Shown: positions 1-10,786 of the stretch, one piece after another
How the letters are laid out: every line of letters starts with the position of its first letter
Position numbering within the stretch: the first letter of the stretch is position 1
Assembly: GCA_030704615.1 (NCBI GenBank)
Contig: CM060733.1
Coordinates: 3,658,001 to 3,722,000, forward strand
Direction: 5' to 3'
DNA length: 64,000 bases
From: Takakia lepidozioides
Lineage: Eukaryota; Plantae; Bryophyta
Translations under genes and position numbers: made by a program
The notes under the pieces: generated by a model
Told to the model about the DNA's origin: nothing
Database searches by the model: none
The model's input: the letters and a program-made list of their open reading frames with translations, nothing else

Positions 1-3
1 TAT

Positions 4-513
4 GTGGGTGTTGTAAGAGAAATAATTCAACTGGATTACGGAATTCTTCACCCAATTCTGTTCTTGTGTACATGGGTGAGGTCACACATGGTGGGCCGGA
101 ATGCCACCATGAAACGAGATGATTATGGCTTTCTCTTGGTTGACTTCAGTCGCATGTTGCCTGGGATGGAGCAGCCCTGGACATTCCCTAGTCAGGTGGA
201 GCAAGTTTTTTTCTCGGATGAAAAAAGTTCACGAGGGAACTGGAAGGTGGTCCTTCACAAGGACCCTCGATCCCGACGAGTGGTTCACGATATTACAGAA
301 GTGGCACTGGGTGAGGGAGACATTTATGTAGGCATGGTGCCTCCTGAAATTCCTCATAACATCATGACTGAGCTTGCTGTTTGTGTTCCTTTGAGTGAGG
401 CAGATGAATTGGCCATTGCCAACTTGAATGCACCTGCAAGGCAGAGGCGAAATGGTAGAAGGCGGAGGCAAGCTCCACATGGGAGGTACCAAGCCAGTTG
501 TGCTATGGTGTAG
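4..513 (+). mobile_element. CACTA/En-Spm transposase C-terminal (DUF4216-like) fragment, 5'-truncated by the window
   Basis: GVVREIIQLDYG...DDYGFLLVD...QPWTFPSQVEQVFF...WKVVL matches the DUF4216 region of CACTA TNP2-like proteins. Confidence 0.75.
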
Positions 514-1998
514 AGTTGGTTTCTGCTATTGCATGTACTTTTCCAGGGTTTAGACTTGATACAACATGGTACCTTCCATGGGTGGGAGTGACTGAGCTGT
601 TGGGGTGGGCAAAATTCTGACAAACACACTTTCATTTGTGACAGTGAACCCTAAACAGTCATGAAGCTGTGGCATGAATACTTTTCTGACCCTAATCAAT
701 GGTGGCCCAATTGTGGGAAAAAGGTGAATGCATGTTGGATTATAGAGAGTAGCAGATGCAATTGAGCATAGGAACTAGTGTGAGAAGTTGAGTTGGGTGT
801 TTCCTTGAACAAATGTAGGCTGTTATTGTCAGTTGCTACCAGCAAGGCAAAGATGTATGCATGATTTGTGAGAGGCATGGATAGCTGAAGGAGCAGGGAT
901 AGAGTGTGGGTCCAGATTCATCCAAGAGGGCCACATTTCAAGCACAACATTGCCTATGATTCCTTGTGGAAGGATTGGTACAAGAAACCTGCATGGGTAG
1001 ATGGTCAACTGGAAGCCGCAGCAGCAGCGGCACAATTGGTAAAATCAGGCGATGAGGGCACCTTCTTCAACACATTTCAGCCTGTTTTTCCCCCTTATCA
1101 CAATCGGCCCTAAATTTCCATGTTGAATTATGCAAGTTAGCTGGTTGACTGAATCTTTGATAGATTGGAGTGACTTTGACATGATACTGCCAATGTGACA
1201 ACAGGAAAGTATCCAGAAACAGGTACAAGAGATGAGGAGAAGGTGTGGAATGAATACTTTTCTGATTTGGTCAAGTTTAGGGAGTGTTCAACACCATGGC
1301 TGAATAAGATGTGGTGTGGGATGGAGCCTTTGAATTGCTGAATTGGCCATTGCCAACTTGAATGCACCTGCAAGGCAGAGGCGAAATGGTAGAAGGCGGA
1401 GGCAAGCTCCACATGGGAGGTACCAAGCCAGTTGTGCTATGGTGTAGAGTTGGTTTCTGCTATTGCATGTACTTTTCCAGGGTTTATACTTGATACAGCA
1501 TGGTACCTTACATGGGTAGTGACTGAGCTGTTGGGGTGGGCAGAATTCTGACAAACACACTTTCATTTGTGACAGTGAACCCTAAACAGTCATGAAGCTG
1601 TGGCATGAATACTTTTCTGACCCTAATCAATGGTGGCCCAATTGTGGCAAAAAGGTGAATGTCTGTTGGATTACATAGAGTAGCAGATGCAATTGAGCAT
1701 ATGAACTAGTGTGAGAAGTTGAGTTGGGTGTTTCCTAGAACAAATGTAGGCTGTTATTGTCAGCTGCTACCAGCAAGGCAAGGATGTATGCATGATTTGT
1801 GCAGAGGCATGGTTCCTTGTGGGAGAATAGCTACAAGAAACCTGCATGGGTAGATGGTCAACTGGAAGCCGCAGCAGCAGCGACACAATTGGTAAAATCA
1901 GGCAATGAGGGCACCTTCTTCAACACATTTCACCCTGTTTTTCCCTCTTATTAGAATCGGCCCTAAATTTCCATGTTGAATTCTGCAAGTTAGCTGGT
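405..1998. repeat. Local direct duplication (405-1146 vs 1339-1998)
   Basis: Near-identical sequence starts TGAATTGGCCATTGCCAAC at 405 and 1339. The second copy lacks about 80 bp. The unit contains the end of the CACTA ORF plus a PDF exon pair. Confidence 0.9.
664..1050 (+). pseudogene. PDF-motif exon pair (type B), relic of a PDF-PPR gene
   Basis: KLWHEYFSDPNQWWPNCGKK|gtgaat (664-723), then ccag|IHPRGPHFKHNIAYDSLWKDWYKKPAWVDGQL (from 916). Repeated at about 1594-1880. Confidence 0.75.
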
Positions 1999-1999
1999 G

Positions 2000-2365
2000 G
2001 TGGACACATGTATAGCAAATGTGGGAGCACTGAGGATGAGTGTTCAACACTATGGCTGAACGAGATTGTGCGTTTGCAGTGCGTGTGCAAGTCTGGCAGC
2101 TTTGGATGCATCACCAAAGTTGGAATTGTAATAGATGCGATCCAAATGTGGGGAGCATCAAGGGTATGCCAAATGCCTCGTATGCCAAATGTGGGAGCAT
2201 CAAGGGCAAACCTGGCAGCTCTGGAAAAAGGGAAGAGGTCCATGGCTTCATTGTCAAAGCTGGAATTCTACCTGATGTGATTCTGAACAATGCCCTCGTG
2301 GACATGTATGCCAAATGTGGGAGCATCAAGGATGCGAAGGCAGTTTTCCAACACTATGGCTCTTG
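2000..2365 (+). pseudogene. Scrambled PLS-PPR fragments
   Basis: Pieces such as [19 protein letters not shown] and IVKAGILPDVILNNALVDMYAKCGSIKDAKAVF occur in different frames. Confidence 0.85.
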
Positions 2366-3904
2366 GAGTGATTTTGACATGTACCAGCGAAGGGGAGAAA
2401 GTGGGGCCCTCAGTAGACGAGTTGAAAAGCACTAGTTAAAAAGCACTGGCGCTTGATAGGGTGGGGCAAAATTCAGGCTGGGGTGATCATTGATATCCCG
2501 GACGCAATGTAAAAAAGACGGTTGTGAGTGAAGGACACCCGTAGCAAAAAAAACCCTGCTGTCTCAAAAAAGGAGGCAGTCACAAAGAACAAGGCACTTT
2601 GTCCAAGCTTCTCGAATCTAGCAACAATGTGGACAGGGATTGAGTCATTGGGAACAATTTATGTAAGGTGGCGAAGAAAACCTTGTCTGAGGATCACTGG
2701 ATATTTCTCTAGTACGGTTGGACTAGTAGAGATTGAAATCCGTGCTCAGCTCAGCTTCAGACTGTCTCATTGTGAAGGGTCACGGTTGACTGGACAGAAA
2801 TGGGATTGACATTGCCGGGCTCCCAAATCTCTGAGACGACATGTGGTAGTTTTATCTATAGCTTCTCAAAGCAATTGTTTTACATTGTTCATTATAGTGT
2901 GACATTCTCATAACGATATTGTCGTCAGCTGCATGAGCAGTGCATCTTTTTGGATTGTTGGTCCCCATAACCCTAATAACCTTTTGAACTTTTTAAATTC
3001 TCTAAACAAAAGTCTATGTGTTATGTCGTCCAGGGCATGTTGAATAGAGGTGGAAGTCATTTTATCCATCCATCTTCCACCTGGATGGTCAATGGGCCAA
3101 GTCATATCCACCTTGATGGTCAATGTGCCACGCCACATAGTTGCCCCAAATTCCTGTAGGACATCTGACACTCACCTCACACTCCATGACTCATTTGACA
3201 CTCATGTCAAATGCCCCATATGAATTATCTTGGTCAACATCTGTTGACCGTATGGGTGTCATTCGAGTGTGAAATTTGTAACACCATGTGGCTTTTCCTA
3301 CAATGATCCAAATCACACCTTGCCTCGTCTCACATGGGTGTAAGAAGAGCCGTTCAAAGTGCCAGGTGTGAACTATGGGTGGTGTTGGAAAAACCGGTTT
3401 CTGTAGTAGTGCAATTGCACTTGACTGAAGGGGTGATTTTTGACTGATTTTGGTGACAGTGGATGGAAATCAGAGTGCTGTCCTAATTCTGGGTTTGGGT
3501 GGTGGAGCTTCTCCAAAGCTTGAAGATGGAAGTGAATACGAATTTTAATGAGCTTGATGAGAGGGGCAGTCATGTGCACAAGTTTGTTCAGCATCTTAAA
3601 TTTGGACATGTTTGTTTGTTTCTCGTGGTGTGGCTTTGGATGGAGCCCTTGACGAACTTGCATGAATATTGTCAAAAGCTAGCCTTAACCCACCAAGATC
3701 CAATCCCACGGTGGATGCTTGAAAGTTCATATATAGTGAATGTAAGGGTATTTGGTTATGTTGTTATTGATTGATGCGGTTTGTGAAAATTGAACATTGA
3801 AATGCAGATCCGCCATTTTTCTTCCAGAAAAAAAAAAACACGGGATCTGCATGTAACACCGTGGGGATGACCCACCCCTTTTTTTTGTGAAAAATTGAAC
3901 ATAG

Positions 3905-3980
3905 TTCTCAGAATTCGTCGCTAGTAGTGCGGAGCAACGCGAAGCCCTAGTTCTAGCGACGACCGAAGGTCGAGAGCTAG
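3905..3980 (+). mobile_element. Helitron-like 3' terminus (stacked hairpin + CTAG ends)
   Basis: GGAGCAACGCGAAGCCCTAG|T and the hairpin CGACC-GAA-GGTCG followed by CTAG|T. The 48 bp at 3905-3952 match 22542-22589 at 47/48 positions. Confidence 0.5.
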
Positions 3981-4094
3981 TTTAGCGTAGAGCAGGAATA
4001 GGGTGCCATAGTGCCACATCATCGTCGCCACCTGTTGTAGCCACGTTTCGTATGTCGTCAATTTCTTTCTATCTGCCCGGATTGCCCGAAAAAT

Positions 4095-4875
4095 CCGAAA
4101 ATAACTTCTTGAACGGTACTTCGTCGAGACTGACCCATTTCCTCCCTGCTTCTGTTTGATGTTCAAAGGAGAGAGAGAGAGCGCGAGCGCAATGGCTACA
4201 TAGGTTGATAAGGCCTGGCCACAAGATCGAGAACAGTATGGTGATGGAAGAGTTCAAAGTGCGGTTCTGGTGTAGAAGGTGGAGCTCCTTTGGAGCTTGC
4301 AGATGAAAGTGAGTATGACTCACAGTGACGCAGCCTTGTCATGCACAAGCTTGTTTAGCCTCTTGGACATGTTGAAATATTCCTCATTGTGTAGTGTCCA
4401 ATGAGCTCACAGTGACTCGCGTGAATGCTGTTGAAAACTAAACTAGAACTCCTTCAAAAAAGAACCTGTCACAGTTTTGATTGTGTCCGATTTTCGGGCA
4501 CAAACGTCTACAGTGCTGCCATGAAGTTTTGAAAGATCTCTATAATGGTGGGACAGCCGTAAAAGCAAAGTGTAGCTTTCGAAGTGTACAATGTGAAGAA
4601 GTTTGTCCGTTGTGCAAAAGTGGGCCCTTCATGATTTGTTCTTTGCCGTGTTGTTTACAATGTACTTGGGAGGGTCGGCTCGGTTTTTCAGGTGGTGCTT
4701 CAATCTATTGTGCCTCAGCTGCACCGTGGTGGTCCTCAGAGACCAATCAGTTATCACCCAACTACAGACACAAGCAGCGCACACAAGAAGTCCTTTGGGT
4801 TGGTGGTTGGTTGAATCCCCCTTCGGTGAAAGAAAAGCTAGCTGCCTTTATGACACAAGGTGAAGGACAATGTGG
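4095..4875 (+). pseudogene. 5' region and type A PDF exons of a PDF-PPR gene copy later interrupted by a LINE
   Basis: 4095-4220 is homologous to 10787-10912. Degenerate WWDSRKSK at about 4545-4570. TNQLSPNYRHKQRTQEVLWVGGWLNPPSVKEKL at about 4740-4840, followed by the donor G|GTGAGG. Confidence 0.65.
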
Positions 4876-5022
4876 TGAGGGCACCTTCTTCTTCAACACA
4901 TTTAAGCCTGCTTTGTCCTCTTATCAGAATCTTATCAGACAATCGAGGCGAAAAGGAGAATGCTTGTTAAACTTCAGAGAAGTAGACAACAAGATGCATC
5001 ACAAAGCTTTCTTGGAAATTGT

Positions 5023-5026
<4 letters not shown>

Positions 5027-5064
<38 letters not shown>
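5027..5064. repeat. (CT)n microsatellite at the LINE insertion site
   Basis: Direct reading of the sequence. Confidence 0.95.
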
Positions 5065-5067
<3 letters not shown>

Positions 5068-5074
5068 CAGCACA

Positions 5075-8000
5075 ATAAAAAATTTAGCTCCTATCAACAT
5101 CAACACTCCTCAGGGTGATCCCTGGGAATTGGTTACTTATGCCAAATCTAGGGCTTCATGTGTAGTTTTTGGGGTGAATCCCAGGATGGACGATGTGTCC
5201 TTTAAAACTACATGCTCTAGCTTAGGCTTGGATTTCATGGCTAATGGTACCATCTCGAGACTTGATAACAGGGGTACGTTGAAGGTTGCAATGACCAAAA
5301 GTGCTTCTAATAGAGTCCCGCATCAATTCAATCTCAAAGAAGTTCGTCCCTTGACTGGCTGGAGAGCGGTCTTAGACATTGGTGATTCAAACGGGCGCTC
5401 TAGGAAGACAACCAAGGGCAACAACTTCAACTTGAGAGTTTCTAATCGGTTTGATGCTCTGGATGAGGTTGAATCCAAACAGCCAGAAAGACAAGATGCC
5501 CCTAAGTGTACGGAACCTGAAGGATTTGGTACTCTGAATGGCTTACCAATCCTCAAGGTTTACACAAGACGAACAAATTCTATACACGGGGTAATTGTCC
5601 CCAAGCCGTCAGATGGACAGTCTGTCCTAAGTGTGCAGAGCCTGAACGTCGTGTAACTGAAGGATTTGGTACTCTAAATGGTTTACCAATCCTCAAAGTC
5701 TACACAAGACGAGCAAAATCTATACACGGGGTAATTGTCCCCAAGCAGTCTGACGGACAATCTGCCCCTATGTGTGCGGAGCCTGTGCGTCGTGTAACTG
5801 AAAGATTTGGTACCCTGAATGGTTTACCAATTCTCAAAGTTTACACAAGACGAGCAAAATCTACACATGGGGTAACTGTCCCCCCTTTGCAGAACGGTTG
5901 GCCGTCCAGGAGCAATCACAAGCTACCTAGACGACAAACAATTCACACGCAAAGGGCTGGCTTGCGGCTGGCCACTTTCAACTTCTCAGGGTTGACCAAC
6001 CAAAGGAAACAACTTGAAGTGGGACAAGTTCTTCGGACTAATGATATTCATATCTGTGCTGGGCAAGAAACATGGGAAACGTCGGATAAACTGGTTGGAG
6101 ATGTCATTGGTTATAAATGGGCAGGTAAGATGTGTACTCTCAAGGCAGCCTCTGCCAAACGCGGTCAAAAAGGGGTCGGATTCTTTGTCCGTGATTTCTT
6201 GTTTACCAATTGTGAAATTATCAACAAGGGTTTGAGGTACGAGCATAGTATCTGGCTAAAACTGAATTTGAAGGGCGGCATGAGTACAAAGGACCTCTTT
6301 GTTGGTTGTGTTTACATGCCCACAGAGGGGACCCTTAGTGCTGACGCAGACAAGGCCTTCGAAGATGTAAAGCTGGACTGTGCTTCGTTCCTTGCCAAAG
6401 GTCAGGTGGTACTATTGGGGGACTTCAATGCCCGGGTGGGCAAAGGGATCCATCAGGACGATATCATTGGACCTTTTGGTGAGGACGAGCTGAATTCTAA
6501 TGGCAGACGGTTAATTAACTGTCTAGAAGAGCTTCAGCTTTTGACCTTGAATAACAGGACAAGTGGTGACCAAGTGCAGTGGACTCGTGAGAAATCCCAA
6601 ACTGGGGAACGTTCCATTGTGGACTATATCATAATGGACAAAATTTTGTTCCCCCAGTGTGCCAATGTGTTGATCGACAGAACTGATTATTGGTACCTCT
6701 GACCACTTCCTGGTTTGGACTGAGATCAAAAGGTGTTTTCCCACCACCAAGAGATCTGTGAAACGTTCGATTTGGAAGTGGCGCATAGAAGAATTCCACA
6801 ATGAGGAGGTCAAGGCTGAGTACGTCCAGGCCTTGCAAGAGGCTCTCCCTCATTTTGTCCAATCGCTCCAAGAACTTCAGTCACGCTCTGTTAACGCAAG
6901 AAATGAAGTCGAAAGAGCAGTGGACTCTTGGGAGAGTTTCGTTTCCTCCGTGGCTGACAAGATCATTGGGAGGAAACTAATTGTCTGCGGTAGAGCAGTT
7001 AATTGGTGGACCAATGAGATTAAACTCAAGATAGCTGAGAGACGAGCCCTCTATAAAGAGTGCTGCAATTTGGAAACCAATAAAGAATTGTGGGCGAGGA
7101 GCTCCGTAAAGATATCAATCAGCTTGTTAGGTCTCAGAAGAAATTATACTGGGACAAGTTATACAGTGAAATAAACTCAAACCACCATGGTGGTAATGAC
7201 AAGAAATTTTGGTTGGCCCTTCAACGTTTGTACAAGCCGAAAAACGGTCAGCAAGTACAAGCGCTGAAGACTACTAAAGGTGCAGTGGTGACTTCATCGG
7301 TTGACATTGTCAAAACCTTTGAAACTCACTACAGTATCCTTGGCAGAACTTCTAGGTCTAACAGTGAGGGGTCTTCTGCTGAATGGAGGGACACAGTTGG
7401 AAAAACTGTTCCTATGATTCAAAACAGCCCTGATGAACTGGAGTATATTTCAATGGCTTATAATGCTCCCATTAGTTCTTCTGAGATTGTGGAAGCAATT
7501 GAACATTTAAATGGATATAAAGCTAGTGGACCTGATGGTATTGTCAACGAACTTATCCAGCACGGTGGCGATCCCATGATAGAGGCCCTAGTTCTCCTCT
7601 TTAACCTTATCTGGAAGACTGAAATGATCCCCTTTCGCTGGCGACAGGGGGTCATTGTCAGTCTATACAAGAAGGGTGACAGAGAAGAACCTGGGAACTA
7701 CCATGGCATCACGCTCCTCAATGCTGTTGGCAAGACATTATGCAAAGTTATAAGTACTCGTCTCGAGGTTGATCTAGAGTCTAGAGGTTGTTTCCACGAA
7801 GGCCAAGCTGGCTTTCGGCGAAACAGGGGCTGTGTGGATCATATCTTCACTCTAAGCCAGATTATCCAGGGAAGGAAAAAAGAAGGGAAACCCACTTATG
7901 TTTTTTTCCTGGATGTCAAAAAGGCTTATGACACAGTGTGGAGAGATGGCCTATGGTTCCGCCTTTGGTCTTGTGGGATCAAGGGAAAGATGTGGAGAGT

Positions 8001-9555
8001 TGTCCACAACTTGTATGCTCACACCAAAAGTTGTGTCACTGTTAACGGACAGAAGTCCAACTTCTTTGACATAGACCAAGGTGTAGCTCAAGGATGTACT
8101 CTCTCCCCTTTGCTCTTCAATGTTTTCATCAATCAACTCCTCGAGGATGTGGAAAGTGAGGGATTTGGGTTAAGGGTGGGTGATACCACCATACCAGCCC
8201 TTATGTTTGCGGATGACTTCGCAGGCATAGGGGAGACTCCAACCAATCTCCAGGAGTTGATTGATTGCGCGAAGAGATACTTTGATCTTTGGGGGCTAGA
8301 GGCTAATGTCAGCAAATGTGCAGTGGTAGCATTCAACGACAGAGGAGAGGGAGGAAGTGATCTTAAGTGGCAGTGGGGTAGCCAAGAGATCCCGGTCCTC
8401 CCTTCCTAAACTTACCTGGGCGTTGAGTTCTCCTCCAATTGTAATTGGGATGCACATATCCGGAAAGTTGTTCAAATTGGCAAGGGCAAAGCTCTGGGGC
8501 TCACTAAATTTGTCCACTGCAGAGGGGTCAACTCTGAGGTTAAGAAAACCATGCTTTGTCGCGTTATTAGACCTGCCTTGGAGTACAGATCTGCTATATG
8601 GGTTGATAACTCCAACCAGGCTAAGTCTCTAGAATCCATTCAAGTGGGGGTGCTTAAGGAGTGTATGTCAGCATGCTCCAAAACAGCCAATGTGGCTGTT
8701 CGGGGTGAGTTTGGCATTCCGTCCTTAAGCTCCCGACGAGATGAATTCAAGGTCAGATGGTGGGGTCAACTGCAACATATGCCCAACACCAGATATCCTA
8801 AGTTAATCGACTCTATATCTTGGAAACAGGACCGCCCTGTCAAACAAGCTAAGTCCTGGCAGAAGAGAGTAGAAGAGATCCTCAAGGACCTGGACCTGGA
8901 TCCGCAAGTCTTGACCCTGCTGGATAAATCTGACTTAGAGGCTGTAGTGTCCTCAGCCATGTCTGTTGCCATGATATTGTCTGATGAAAATGAAGTTAGG
9001 CAGAAAACTTCCCTGAACTTGTTTCCAGTCTGTGACATGGGGGAGGACATCTTGGATGACCTCAAGGGTCTACCCACTCTCGGCACTAGACTGAAATTTA
9101 AACTCAGGGCAGGAAGCCTACCTTTGAACAGCAAACTGAAGTAGAGAGGAAAGGGAGAGTGCAATTGCCCGTTGTGTGGGCAATCTGAAGACAGTATTCA
9201 TTTTCTGATACATTGTCCGGGGTTCTCTCACCAAAGAGACGCTCTCTTCAAATCTATCAAGGGAATTGTGCCTGTACCCCTGTTTACCAACTTTGAAAGT
9301 CTCAAGGCTGAGCCAAAAGCCCAGGCCCTCCTGAGGCCTAGTTTTTGGGCAAATCACACACAGCAGATTGATGCTTGTGTGAAGGGATTTCTAGAGGATA
9401 TCTGGAAAACCCGGATTAATTCTTTATATGGAGGTAAGTCTTACTACCAACGTCAGCCCCTGACAGAGGTAGGTTCTGTCCCTTTTGTTCCCGCTCAAAT
9501 TGGGCGTGGGGTCAATGGCCACAAGGCTACGGCAAACAACGTCTTATGAGTACAA
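5075..9555 (+). mobile_element. Non-LTR retrotransposon (LINE; APE-RT-CCHC), frameshifted, with a 15-bp TSD
   Basis: APE motifs (QETW, VYMP, LLGDFNARVG, IVDYI) in 5770-6702. RT motifs (KASGPDG, QAGFR, FLDVKKAYD, QGCTLSPLLF, FADD) in 7090-8409. CPLC...H...C near 9165-9215. TSD TCTCTCCCCAGCACA at 5060-5074 and 9556-9570. Frameshifts near 6690, 7095 and 8405, and a stop at 9142. Confidence 0.93.
5517..5885 (+). repeat. About 2.6 tandem copies of a 141-bp (47-codon) unit in the LINE 5' coding region
   Basis: Units start CTGAAGGATTTGGTAC at 5517 and 5657, and CTGAAAGATTTGGTAC at 5798. Each encodes FGTLNGLPILKVYTRR. The first unit is 140 bp, causing a frameshift. Confidence 0.9.
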
Positions 9556-9750
9556 TCTCTCCCCAGCACATTTTTAAAGTCTTGGGACCAATTCAGAGTA
9601 GGAGCTAGTGTGTGATCAGTAGGGTTTGGGTGTTTGCTAGAAAAAATTCAGCTGTCATTGTCAGCTTCTAGCAGCAAGGGCAAGGTCTATGCATTAATGG
9701 TGCTGAGGAAGGGATAGCTGAAGGAGAGCAGGGATAGAGTGTGGGTCCAG

Positions 9751-10735
9751 ATTCATCCAAGAGGGATGGATATCAGGCACAATAGTGCCCATGATTCCAT
9801 GTGGATTGATAGCTATAGGAAACCTGCATGGGTAGATGGTCAACTGGAAACAGCGGCAGCGACATATTTGAAATCAGATGCTCCACCATGGCCACAGCTT
9901 CCAAGGGAGGACCAAGAGAGGGAGTCCACAATACCGCTTCTGGCACTTCTGGGCACGTGAGGATGCTATGTGAGGCAGGGCAACTGAAAGAGGCTCTACA
10001 GATTTTGAAGGGTTTCAGCAGATTCAGCAGATTCAGATACTTATGTTTGTCTCTTGCATAAGTGCATCAAGATGAAAGGCCTAGAAGCCGGAAAACAGGT
10101 GCATGCTCACATTATCCAAAGTGGATTCAAGCCCAACGTTTTTCTATGCAACACCCTTGTTAACATGTATGTGAAGTGTGGGAGCATTGTGGATGCACAC
10201 TGAGTGTTCAACAAAATGCCTGAACAAGGTGTGATCACGTGGAATATAATGATGGCTGAACGAGATGTGATCTCGTGGAACGCAATGATCACTGGATATG
10301 CTCAGCGTGGGTGCGGGATGAAGGCTTTGGAGACCTATGAGCAAATGATTCAGGAAGGGTTGAACCCAGACCAGGTCACATTCGTTTCCATTTTCAATGT
10401 GTGTGCAAGCCTGGAAAAGGGCAAAGAGGTCCATGGTGATATTGTCAAAGCTGGAATTGTACCAGATGTCATTCTAAACAATGCCCTTATTGACATGTAT
10501 GCCACAGGCGGAAGCACTGAAGATGCAAAGGGAGTGTTCGTCAGGATGGCTGAACGAAATGTGGTATCATGGAGTGCTATGATTGCAGGATATGCACAAC
10601 ATGCGTGTGGGATTGATACTGCCAATGTGACAACAAGAAAGTATCCCGAAACAGGTAACATAGACGAGGAGAAGCTGTGGAATGAATACTTTTCTGACCC
10701 CAGTCAATGGTGGGACAATCGAGGCAAGAAGATGA
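9751..10735 (+). pseudogene. PDF-PPR pseudogene (PDF 3' half, linker, PLS motifs, then another PDF 5' half)
   Basis: IHPRGMDIRH...MWIDSYRKPAWVDGQL runs into the linker ...GHVRMLCEAGQLKEALQIL and L/S/P motifs with stops and frameshifts. It then joins EEKLWNEYFSDPSQWWDNRGKK. Confidence 0.85.
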
Positions 10736-10786
10736 ATGTCTGTTAGATTACAGAGAGTAGCAGGCGCAATTGAGCATAGGAACTGT

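Noticed and set aside
4481-5656. 391-aa ORF
   Set aside because: It is a chimera that reads across PDF intron/exon, the (CT)n tract and the LINE 5' end, so it is not one gene.
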